Shown here in pieces: positions 20,248-28,670 of a stretch of DNA of 64,000 nucleotides. Under the pieces are notes generated by a model that was not told the DNA's origin, ran no database searches, and saw only the letters and a program-made list of their open reading frames with translations. The position numbers were made by a program, and so were the translations under genes. The DNA is from Promethearchaeota archaeon (GTDB taxonomy: Archaea > Asgardarchaeota > Lokiarchaeia > Sigyniarchaeales > SOKP01): positions 219,483 through 283,482 of the forward strand of contig JBHLOY010000004.1 in NCBI GenBank assembly GCA_048939995.1, in the 5' to 3' direction. Every line of letters begins with the position of its first letter. Position 1 is the stretch's first letter.

Positions 20248-22794
20248 ATAGGTATTTATAGTATCTTATCTCACCCTTTTCGACAAAAAATCCTACTCTT
20301 GTTAGAAAAAGAAGGATTCATCCCATACACCGATTTAATGGAAAAAATGGGTATCAATCAAACAGGTCAGTTAAATTTCCATTTGAAAAAATTAGGGTCC
20401 TTAATAAATAAAGATAAAAAATCTTATTATTTAAGTGAAGATGGCAAAAAAATTTTAAGAATTATGAATTTGAGCAAGCGTATTTTAGCAGGTGAAGAAA
20501 TAGAATACTTAGATAAAAAAGGGAGTGAAATTAGTAGAATAGGAGTGATTTTATGTGGTTGTAATACTGAAATATCCAATATAATAAATATCAATGCATT
20601 GGAAAGTCAAATTGAAAAATTAGATGGAGTAGTTTCAGTGAAGGTTTTTGATAATTTATGCCAAGAAAAAAATTTAAATAATATAACAAATTGGTCAAAA
20701 GAAAATTTTTTAAACAAAGTTGTTATAGCTGCTTGTTCCCCTAAAACTCATCAACATATTTTTGAGCGAATTTTCAAAGATGTGATTGATAATGCAAATA
20801 TTGAAATAGCAAATATTAGGGAACAATGTTGTTGGGTTCATCATTCAAATATTCAACAATTTGATCCTTTATTAGCATTAAAGAAAGCGAGTTTATTAAT
20901 TGAGGCTGCAGTTGAACGTGTAAGGCTTCAAAAAGAGGTTAAAATAAAAACTGTAGAAGTGGAAAAAAGCTGTGCAATATTAGGGGGTGGTATCGCAGGT
21001 ATGACATTAGCCCTTAATCTTTCACGTGCAGGGATAAAAGTATACCTAATTGAAAAATCACCTACTTTAGGCGGGAAAGTAGCCAGATGGCATCGGATTT
21101 CTAACATGGGGGATTGCTCTATATGTTTTATTTCCGAATTAATTGGTGAAATCGTAAAAGAAAAAAATATTGAAATTTTGACTAACACTGAAGTAGAAAC
21201 CGTTTCTGGAGAAGTAGGAAATTTTAGCTTAGATTTAATCAAGAAACCTCGATTTGTTGATGAGAAAAAGTGTACTGGGTGCAAACAATGCATAAATGTG
21301 TGTGGCAAAGAAAAGAAAAATCAGTATGAATTTGATTTAACTAATCGAAAAATAATATATATCCCCTTCCAAAATGCATATCCATATGCTCCTCTAATTG
21401 ACGAAGAAGATATTAATAATTGTTTAAACTGTAAGATATGTGAACGTGTTTGTATTAATAAAGCAATAGATCTAAGCCAAAAAGTTGAAAAAGTTCGAAT
21501 TAAAGTCGGAGTTAAAGTTATAGCTATAGGTGCTGACCTGTACTCCAATCTAGTGAAATATCTATATAATCCTCAAAAAGATATTATCACTTCTGCTGAA
21601 TTTGAGAGAATTCTATCTTCGGATGGCATTACTGAGGGAAAATTGCTAAGGTTATCAGATAAAAAACCGATAAATTCCATTTCAATCATTCAAGAAGTTG
21701 GTCCATCTAAATATCTTGCAGAATATTCTGAAAACTTAGCGCAAAAATATATTGAGGATATTAAAATAAGAAGTCCTGACTGTGAAGTAAATGTTTTTTA
21801 CGATTTAAGTAAATTAAAAAATAAAGATGAGATATTTCTAAAATCAACCAATCCAAGATTTCTTTACGCTAATAACATATCTATTGAGTCTAATGGTAAA
21901 ATTAACTATGTTATAGCCGATAATATTGAATTTCCAAGCGATCTGATAGTTTTAAATCTCAAATGTATACCTAATAAAGATCTAAAAATATTACGTAGAT
22001 TCATGGATTTTACATTGAATGATTACGGTTTTATGAGTGAAGAAACCCTAGCGTCAGGTATTTATGGAGTTGGAACAATATTTGGGGCTTTAAATTACCA
22101 AACTACCCTTTCTACAGTGAATACTGTTGCGTTAAAAATTATTGCACTACTCTCAAATGATTATTTATTAGCTGAATTTACTGGAATTGAAATTAATGAA
22201 GATAAATGTGGATTATGTGGATTATGTGAGAAAGCATGTCCTTATAATGCAATAACTATAGAATCGAATAAGATTAATATTGATAAATTTAAATGTAAAG
22301 GATGTGGTACATGCGCTGGAGTGTGTTCTACAAACGCCATTGAAATGAACATCGATACTTCAGAAAAGATTTTAAGAACAATTGAGATTTATTCAAAATT
22401 TGCTAAAAATCCTAAAATTATCGCTTTTTGTTGTTCTTCTTGTGGTTATGCCGCAGCTGATGATGCTGGTCTAAAAAAGGAGTTATATCAACCAAATATT
22501 TTTGTGATCCGCATTCCCTGTACTGGAAGATTAGATACTGAATTTATTTTTAAATCTTTTGAGGTCGGATTTGATGGAGTAATGGTAATAGGATGCAGGA
22601 AAGATGCTTGCAGATATATTGATGGTATTGAAAAAGCACAAAAAAAGATAACTCTCCTAAAAAGGATATTAAATCCCAAATATAGCAACCGAATTATATT
22701 TAAAAATTTAAATGCTGTAGAGGGCCATAAGTTTGCTGAGATCGCAAATAAATTTTATAATATTTTAAAGGAGGGGGCTACTAATCAAACTTAA
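20248..22794 (+). CDS. Fusion of ArsR-like winged-helix DNA-binding domain, degenerate HdrA (FAD/Fe-S) and MvhD
   Basis: N-terminal IYSILSHPFRQKILLLL...GQLNFHLKKL...YYLSEDGK; HdrA motifs RIGVILCGC, AACSPKTH, ANIREQCCWVH, GGGIAGM, DCSIC and two ferredoxin pairs; MvhD motifs FCC..C.YAAAD, RIPCTGR, GC....C. Start extended to ATA 20248 because helix 1 lies upstream of TTG 20299. Confidence 0.88.
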   Translation: MGIYSILSHPFRQKILLLLEKEGFIPYTDLMEKMGINQTGQLNFHLKKLGSLINKDKKSYYLSEDGKKILRIMNLSKRILAGEEIEYLDKKGSEISRIGVILCGCNTEISNIININALESQIEKLDGVVSVKVFDNLCQEKNLNNITNWSKENFLNKVVIAACSPKTHQHIFERIFKDVIDNANIEIANIREQCCWVHHSNIQQFDPLLALKKASLLIEAAVERVRLQKEVKIKTVEVEKSCAILGGGIAGMTLALNLSRAGIKVYLIEKSPTLGGKVARWHRISNMGDCSICFISELIGEIVKEKNIEILTNTEVETVSGEVGNFSLDLIKKPRFVDEKKCTGCKQCINVCGKEKKNQYEFDLTNRKIIYIPFQNAYPYAPLIDEEDINNCLNCKICERVCINKAIDLSQKVEKVRIKVGVKVIAIGADLYSNLVKYLYNPQKDIITSAEFERILSSDGITEGKLLRLSDKKPINSISIIQEVGPSKYLAEYSENLAQKYIEDIKIRSPDCEVNVFYDLSKLKNKDEIFLKSTNPRFLYANNISIESNGKINYVIADNIEFPSDLIVLNLKCIPNKDLKILRRFMDFTLNDYGFMSEETLASGIYGVGTIFGALNYQTTLSTVNTVALKIIALLSNDYLLAEFTGIEINEDKCGLCGLCEKACPYNAITIESNKINIDKFKCKGCGTCAGVCSTNAIEMNIDTSEKILRTIEIYSKFAKNPKIIAFCCSSCGYAAADDAGLKKELYQPNIFVIRIPCTGRLDTEFIFKSFEVGFDGVMVIGCRKDACRYIDGIEKAQKKITLLKRILNPKYSNRIIFKNLNAVEGHKFAEIANKFYNILKEGATNQT

Positions 22795-23530
22795 ATTTAT
22801 TGTAGCTTCATTAACTTCATGCAGTGGATGTATTTCAACATTGATGGCTTTAGATATGTTTTCTCAATTTTTAGAAAGGACCGAAATTTCATTTTTCCCA
22901 TTTATTTCAGACCAAATTGAAGTTAATGATTCAGATATCGCATTAATAGAGGGTTGTGTTTCAGAAATCAGTCAAATAGCAACTTTGAAGAATATTAGGA
23001 AACATGCAAAAAAAGTTTATGCTTTAGGTACCTGTGCTACTTTTGGGGGAATTTTGGGATTATCTAAAAGAAAAAATTCTGATCAAATCTCAAAATTTAT
23101 AGATATTGATGGATTTATACCTGGTTGCCCCCCTCCAACAAATCTGCTAGGAAATTCCTTAATGAGACTAATTGAAAATAAGAGCATTATTTTATCAGAA
23201 AAAAATATGTGTATTTCTTGTCCTCTCAAAGATGAAATGCATTTAAATTCTCAAATCTCAAAACTTAGTCCTTCTAATTCTGAAATTATGTCAGATAAAC
23301 GAGAATGCTTTTTAAATAATGGAATTTTATGTTTAGGACCGATTACTCGAGAAGGGTGTAATAATAAATGTATAGAACTGGGAATACCATGTGAGGGATG
23401 CTTAGGTCCTCCTAAAAAACAGTTTACTTCAAACCTAATTAATTTCTTAAGTCTGGTTCAACTATCCAATAAATTAAAGAGATATTCGGGTATTTTTTAC
23501 AGATTTTCAAAACCAACATTAAGAGGGTGA
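22784..23530 (+). CDS. Group 3 [NiFe]-hydrogenase small subunit (MvhG/HydD-like)
   Basis: (M)KLKFIVASLTSCSGC lies upstream of the track start; EG, GTCATFGG, PGCPP, CISCP, CLGPIT..GC...C and PCEGC motifs. Inferred ATC start after GGAGGGG. Confidence 0.88.
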   Translation: MKLKFIVASLTSCSGCISTLMALDMFSQFLERTEISFFPFISDQIEVNDSDIALIEGCVSEISQIATLKNIRKHAKKVYALGTCATFGGILGLSKRKNSDQISKFIDIDGFIPGCPPPTNLLGNSLMRLIENKSIILSEKNMCISCPLKDEMHLNSQISKLSPSNSEIMSDKRECFLNNGILCLGPITREGCNNKCIELGIPCEGCLGPPKKQFTSNLINFLSLVQLSNKLKRYSGIFYRFSKPTLRG

Positions 23531-23536
23531 GGAAGA

Positions 23537-24835
23537 GTACAGAAGGTAATAAATGTATGTTCAAGAGTTGAAGGCCATGGGAAAGTAAATTATTTCATAC
23601 AAAATGAGCATATTGACCATGTTGAATTCGAAATTTCTGCATTTAGGGGATTCGAAAACATTTTAATAGGTAAGAAATTAAGTGATATCCCTAAGATTGT
23701 TTCACGAATTTGCGGTCTATGTCATGCTTCCCAAACAATTGCTAGTTGTAAAGCAATTGAAAAAATTTATGAAATCCAACCTAGTTCTCAAGCTACTTTA
23801 CTTCGAAGATTATTAATGACGGGAGAATTAATTAAATCTCATATTATGCATTTTTTCTTTCAAACCTTACCAGATCTTTTAGAAATTTTTCAAGTGTTTA
23901 AAAATGGAATTGATTCATACAATTTAATTAGATTTGATTCTCAATTGAGTACTTGCGTTTTTGATTTAATTAAAGCAGGAACTGAGTTAAATAATCTTTT
24001 TGGAGGAAGGATAATTCATTTGATTACCCCTGTTCCCGGAGGAATGATCTACTACCCTTCAAAAAAGAAAATTCTACTTGCCCAAAAATATTTGCAGAAA
24101 TCTGCTTCTAATATACAATATGTTTTAGATCGCTTCGTTGAATTATTCTCTACTAAGAATCCTCCTTATGAATTTAATATATCGAATCTATCATATCTAG
24201 GAATGACTAATCAAGGAAAATATGATAGATATAATGGGACTCTAAGCATTATTCCTTTCAATCAGAATAGAATAAATTTTGAAATCAATGATTACGAAAA
24301 CTATTTTGATAAAGACTCTTGTTTGTTTGGAATAAAATTTTTATCTGATATAAAGAATATCTTAACTGGACCTATCGCAAGATTCTTTTTAGTAAAAAAT
24401 AATAATGAAATTGAAAAAAATACTATAATAAATAACTTTGATAATAATTGGAAAGAAAATCTATTACTTATGAACATTTTGCAACTATTAGAGATCTCTA
24501 ATGAAATAAAGGGTAGTCTAGAGATATTAAATAAACATAGTCTAGAAATTAAAGAACCACTTCCCTCTCTTAATTCCACTTTAAATCAAGAGGGTATTGG
24601 AATGGTTGAAGCTCCACGTGGGACCCTCATACACCACTACCATTTGAATAAATCTAAGGTTATTGATAATGTTAAACTCTTTATAGCCACTGAAATTAAT
24701 TTTCCCCTTTTGAATGAAAAAATTAAAAATTACGCTCAAGAGTTATACAAAAAAGAAGATTTAGAATCTCTCAATAGAAAAGTTCAAATTATGATAAGAG
24801 CTTTTGATCCATGTATCTCTTGTGCCACACATTAA
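23537..24835 (+). CDS. Group 3 [NiFe]-hydrogenase large subunit (MvhA/HydA-like), no C-terminal extension
   Basis: RVEGHG, RGFE and L1 RICGLC lie in frame upstream of the first ATG (23816); EAPRG; L2 DPCISCATH directly followed by the stop. Start uncertain (GTA 23537 inferred). Confidence 0.88.
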   Translation, partial: VQKVINVCSRVEGHGKVNYFIQNEHIDHVEFEISAFRGFENILIGKKLSDIPKIVSRICGLCHASQTIASCKAIEKIYEIQPSSQATLLRRLLMTGELIKSHIMHFFFQTLPDLLEIFQVFKNGIDSYNLIRFDSQLSTCVFDLIKAGTELNNLFGGRIIHLITPVPGGMIYYPSKKKILLAQKYLQKSASNIQYVLDRFVELFSTKNPPYEFNISNLSYLGMTNQGKYDRYNGTLSIIPFNQNRINFEINDYENYFDKDSCLFGIKFLSDIKNILTGPIARFFLVKNNNEIEKNTIINNFDNNWKENLLLMNILQLLEISNEIKGSLEILNKHSLEIKEPLPSLNSTLNQEGIGMVEAPRGTLIHHYHLNKSKVIDNVKLFIATEINFPLLNEKIKNYAQELYKKEDLESLNRKVQIMIRAFDPCISCATH

Positions 24836-24855
24836 AAAGATTTAGTGTTGATCTA

Positions 24856-25869
24856 ATGAATAATATCGAAACGATTCGCAAGGATAATGTAGAACCTGTG
24901 CAACTATGTGAAATTTTCTTACTCTACTTTGATGAGGAATTTGGCCCAATGCCACTTCTTATCACTCCGGATGAATCTTTAAAAAATAATCTCGATGTTA
25001 TGCGGTTAATTAGAATCCATTCCATTTGGTTTCTTGATATAAGCGATCAGACCTCTCCTGATCGTATGGATTTAGAATATAAGGAAAAAATCTATTTTGC
25101 AAAGAAATTTTTAGTACCTTCACAGAGAGAAAAACGACGGTCAGGTTCTGAAGGAGATACTTATGAAACACTCGTTTTAATTTTAGCTTTACCAGTTGAT
25201 ATGGATATCTTTGGAGGAGCTCTTCTCAAAAGAATGGCTGAACGATTAACAAAGCATTTTGCATTAAAATTCACTCGCTTGATAGATTCTGAAGTGGCAA
25301 AAATGAATGCCATAAAAACGCCTTCAACCTTAACTTTAATTCAGATCGGCGATACTATTAAAAAACGAATAAGCGTTTTAATCAAAAATACATGTGTCCA
25401 ATATTTTGATGCTGTAATCAAAAAAACGGATTCTACAACTTTCAAACTTCAAAAAGCTATATCATATTTATCGTTAAAAGGAGTCCCAATTAACTATATT
25501 GTAAGTGAAGAGGGAAATTTAGGCTTTTCAAATGTAAAACTGTTTGAATCAAAAGTTTTAGCAAATGACACATATGGAATTCGAAATCAATTTAAGATTT
25601 TAAGCACTGATATAGATCCAGATACTCAGGAAGTTGAAATCTTAATTAAAAATCAAACAAGTAAAGAATTTAATAACATATATGCAAAAGTTATTTCTAT
25701 TCAAGAATTCTTCGAAAAAGAGGTTTTACGTGAAAATATTGAAAAATGGCTTCCTGAAGAGGAATTAATTATTATTTTACCAAATATAATCTCAAATTTT
25801 GAATACTATTTTTCTATTCAAGATGTTAGTTCCAATCAGACTCTGTTTAAACAAAAACTAAGATTGTAA
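24856..25869 (+). CDS. Hypothetical protein with N-terminal uDENN/longin-like segment
   Basis: IFLLYFDEEFGPMPL resembles the first strands of uDENN/longin domains; beta-rich C-terminus. Confidence 0.55.
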   Translation: MNNIETIRKDNVEPVQLCEIFLLYFDEEFGPMPLLITPDESLKNNLDVMRLIRIHSIWFLDISDQTSPDRMDLEYKEKIYFAKKFLVPSQREKRRSGSEGDTYETLVLILALPVDMDIFGGALLKRMAERLTKHFALKFTRLIDSEVAKMNAIKTPSTLTLIQIGDTIKKRISVLIKNTCVQYFDAVIKKTDSTTFKLQKAISYLSLKGVPINYIVSEEGNLGFSNVKLFESKVLANDTYGIRNQFKILSTDIDPDTQEVEILIKNQTSKEFNNIYAKVISIQEFFEKEVLRENIEKWLPEEELIIILPNIISNFEYYFSIQDVSSNQTLFKQKLRL

Positions 25870-25882
25870 CTTCGAAAATTTC

Positions 25883-26251
25883 TTAAAATTGAAACTCGCG
25901 ATTTCTTAGTTTCGAAACTAAATGCCCCCTACTAAGAAGTTGTATCCCAAATTGATTAGAATAGTCGCGAGCAAAATCAGTTGCGATATTGCACACCATT
26001 ATTCCCCCTTCAATGTCCGGAACATCAAGGCATGCTTTATGGAGTTGTCGTAATTGAGTTATAGAGATTTCTCTTTTCCAATCTCGAATAAATATTCCAT
26101 ATTTTCCATATTTTCCATCATCCACAATAGCATTGAAATCCCATAGTTTTCCGGATTTTCCTTTTAATTTTTGAGGATTATTATTATACTGAAATTTTTC
26201 AGAAAAGACTTTTTTTGCTAATTCAGCTAAAGGGGTTTCATTAAATGACAT
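25883..26251 (-). CDS. Mrr-like PD-(D/E)XK restriction-endonuclease-fold protein, probably degenerate
   Basis: GKSG...F strand, GIMV....T..AR.Y....GIQL tail; catalytic D and E-x-K not conserved. Confidence 0.6.
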   Translation of the reverse strand: MSFNETPLAELAKKVFSEKFQYNNNPQKLKGKSGKLWDFNAIVDDGKYGKYGIFIRDWKREISITQLRQLHKACLDVPDIEGGIMVCNIATDFARDYSNQFGIQLLSRGHLVSKLRNREFQF

Positions 26252-26423
26252 GAAATCACGACTCTTTTTATTTAAATAAATCGTTTACGTATTATTTAAA
26301 TGTTAGTTGTATAATTCCTACTAATCATCATAAAAATATGTAATATATACATATTATGGGTGTATTTTTGAAAATCATTCGTTTATAAAGTAAGAGCTTT
26401 GAACCGACAAAAAATTTAAAAAA

Positions 26424-27287
26424 TCAATGTCGCAATTCCTTTCCTACCTTGAAATGGTTAAAGAGCTTATGTAATGGATATTCACCATTAACATCCATTC
26501 CATTCAGCTTAATAAAATCGATCAGATTTTGCTTTAAAAATAAAATTATGCGATTAGCTATTTTGTTACATACATACTTGCAATCTAAAAAATCGTGTGG
26601 GAGTAAAGGACAAGCTCTATTATTTTCTAGGCAGAATTTTTTCATCTGTAGTGAATAACCATCCACTAAAAGAATATTAAAATTATCCCATTTATCAATA
26701 AATCCTCCTAACCTACTTGGTGGAATACTTAGTATAGCTTGTTTTAAAATCTCAGTATTTCTACGCTCTTCAGTTGTAGAATTCAAACCTAAGCGATACC
26801 GAACCCTTTTCATTTCAGATTTGGCTTCTAACTTACATAAAAAATTGTAGATTTCTAACAATTTTTCAGCTTGAATTGTCTTTTCTGGATCACTTATTTC
26901 CCACTCTGCTGATTTTTTACATTTAATTACACCATTTTCTGGATTTGAGAAATTAGTAGGATATATCCAGCATTGAGGTGGTTTTATGCCAGAATTATGA
27001 ACTTTACATCCATTTAGTTTATTATCAAATAGAAAACATTTTCCATTTTTATCATTAAATCTTAATTCAAATGCAAAAACATCACTTCTAGTAAAGTCTC
27101 CTGTAGTTGCGTATCTTCTGCTAATGTATTCTTCAGCTAATACTTTAGGAACATCAATCTTTATAGAGCAACAACCACCTTTACAAATATTAGGATCTGT
27201 GCAATCTGGTCCTTCAATAGCAGATTTCATTAAACTATTGAAATTTCTAATAATAAACCAAAAGTAATTATTATTTTGATGCACCAA
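26424..27287 (-). CDS. YkgJ-like cysteine-cluster (Fe-S/Zn) protein
   Basis: C....C.G.CC, KCFLF, GCKVH...KPPQCWIYP motifs. Confidence 0.7.
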   Translation of the reverse strand: MVHQNNNYFWFIIRNFNSLMKSAIEGPDCTDPNICKGGCCSIKIDVPKVLAEEYISRRYATTGDFTRSDVFAFELRFNDKNGKCFLFDNKLNGCKVHNSGIKPPQCWIYPTNFSNPENGVIKCKKSAEWEISDPEKTIQAEKLLEIYNFLCKLEAKSEMKRVRYRLGLNSTTEERRNTEILKQAILSIPPSRLGGFIDKWDNFNILLVDGYSLQMKKFCLENNRACPLLPHDFLDCKYVCNKIANRIILFLKQNLIDFIKLNGMDVNGEYPLHKLFNHFKVGKELRH

Positions 27288-27373
27288 ATTATTATAATAA
27301 TCTTAACAAAATTTTTTATTTTTTACTATAAACAGAAAAACAATTATATTCAAAAATACAAAAGGTCTAAAAT

Positions 27374-28015
27374 ATGGTTATTTTAACAATTATCTTCGAA
27401 ATATTATTTATAATTAATTTTCCTCTCTATTGGGCAATTACTTTAAAAGTTAACCGAGTAAAAATAAAAAAATATTATACAAAATTCTTTGCAATATTAT
27501 GGACCTTTTTTATAATATTTATCTTGCTTCTTACATCTAATATTATTCAATTTATTTATAAAGAGAATCTCAGTTATTTTCAAGATTTCTGGGCATGGTT
27601 TTTAATTTTGGGAATCATTTTTACTATTGCAGGCTTTAAAATTACTTCCATAGCGCGGAAGCTATCTAAGGAAAAAGTTTCTAAACCTAAGGACTCGAAA
27701 TTAACAAAATATGGGATTTATAAAATAATTAGGCATCCTAATTATCTTTCTTGGTTCTTAATATTCATAGGTTTTAGCTTTATTTTTGATTCGTTTCTAA
27801 CCATCGTATTTGTGCCTATCTTTATTATTCTATTAGAATCACATGCAATTCTAGAGGAGAAATATATCCTTATACCTTTTTATGGGAATGAATATCTCGA
27901 TTACAAGAAAAAAACCCCTTTCCGCCTCGTTCCACGACCTTATAGCTACGTCTTTATAATACTTGCTGTTGTTATAGTTTATATAGGATTTTATAATTTC
28001 ATTTTAAAAAATTAA
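27374..28015 (+). CDS. Isoprenylcysteine carboxyl methyltransferase/PEMT family membrane protein
   Basis: GIYKIIRHPNY and EE..L...YG.EY..YKK.TP motifs. Confidence 0.85.
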   Translation: MVILTIIFEILFIINFPLYWAITLKVNRVKIKKYYTKFFAILWTFFIIFILLLTSNIIQFIYKENLSYFQDFWAWFLILGIIFTIAGFKITSIARKLSKEKVSKPKDSKLTKYGIYKIIRHPNYLSWFLIFIGFSFIFDSFLTIVFVPIFIILLESHAILEEKYILIPFYGNEYLDYKKKTPFRLVPRPYSYVFIILAVVIVYIGFYNFILKN

Positions 28016-28139
28016 TTTAATCCTAAGTCAAACGTCTATATATTAGCTTTATCGTATTAAATTCTAATAAATTATAACCCAAATTATAAAATATTTACAT
28101 ACTATTTGAAGAATAAAGATTAAGTGAGGGTTTGAAAAA

Positions 28140-28649
28140 ATGACTAAAAAAGTCGCAATCTTGGCAACTGATGGTTTTGAGGATGCTGAATTATTATATC
28201 CAAAATTAAGATTGGAAGAAGAAGGGATTGTTACAGAGTTGATCAGTTTACATAGAAGAGAAATCATAGGGAAACATGGATACCCATTAAAACCAGATAA
28301 ATTGGTTAGAGAAGCAAATACTCAGGATTATGATGGAGTGATAATACCTGGTGGTACTAAAAATCCTGATTATCTACGACGAGAAAAAGAAGTTTTAGAT
28401 TTCGTTGCAAAAATGGATGAACAAAAAAAACTAGTTGGTGCCGTGTGTCATGCGGGGTGGGTTTTAATTTCTGCTAAAATAATAAGAGACCGTAAAGCTA
28501 CAAGTTATTTTGCAATTAGAGATGATATGATAAACGCAGGTGCCAGATTTGAAGATAAATCTGTAGTGGTTGATAACAACTTAATAACGTCTCGAAAACC
28601 AGATGATCTACCTGATTTTATGAAAGAAGTTTTGAGATTTTTAAAATAA
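28140..28649 (+). CDS. pfpI: PfpI/DJ-1 family protein (type 1 glutamine amidotransferase-like)
   Basis: GFEDAE, IPGG, AVCHAG and LITSRKPDDLP motifs. Confidence 0.92.
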   Translation: MTKKVAILATDGFEDAELLYPKLRLEEEGIVTELISLHRREIIGKHGYPLKPDKLVREANTQDYDGVIIPGGTKNPDYLRREKEVLDFVAKMDEQKKLVGAVCHAGWVLISAKIIRDRKATSYFAIRDDMINAGARFEDKSVVVDNNLITSRKPDDLPDFMKEVLRFLK

Positions 28650-28670
28650 AGCTTTTTTTTAAAAATAGAT

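Noticed and set aside
20248-24835. Selenocysteine-containing HdrA/MvhD/hydrogenase
   Set aside because: The remaining metal-ligand positions are ordinary Cys codons. The only in-frame TGA is at the subunit junction, not at a Cys-equivalent site, and I saw no convincing SECIS.
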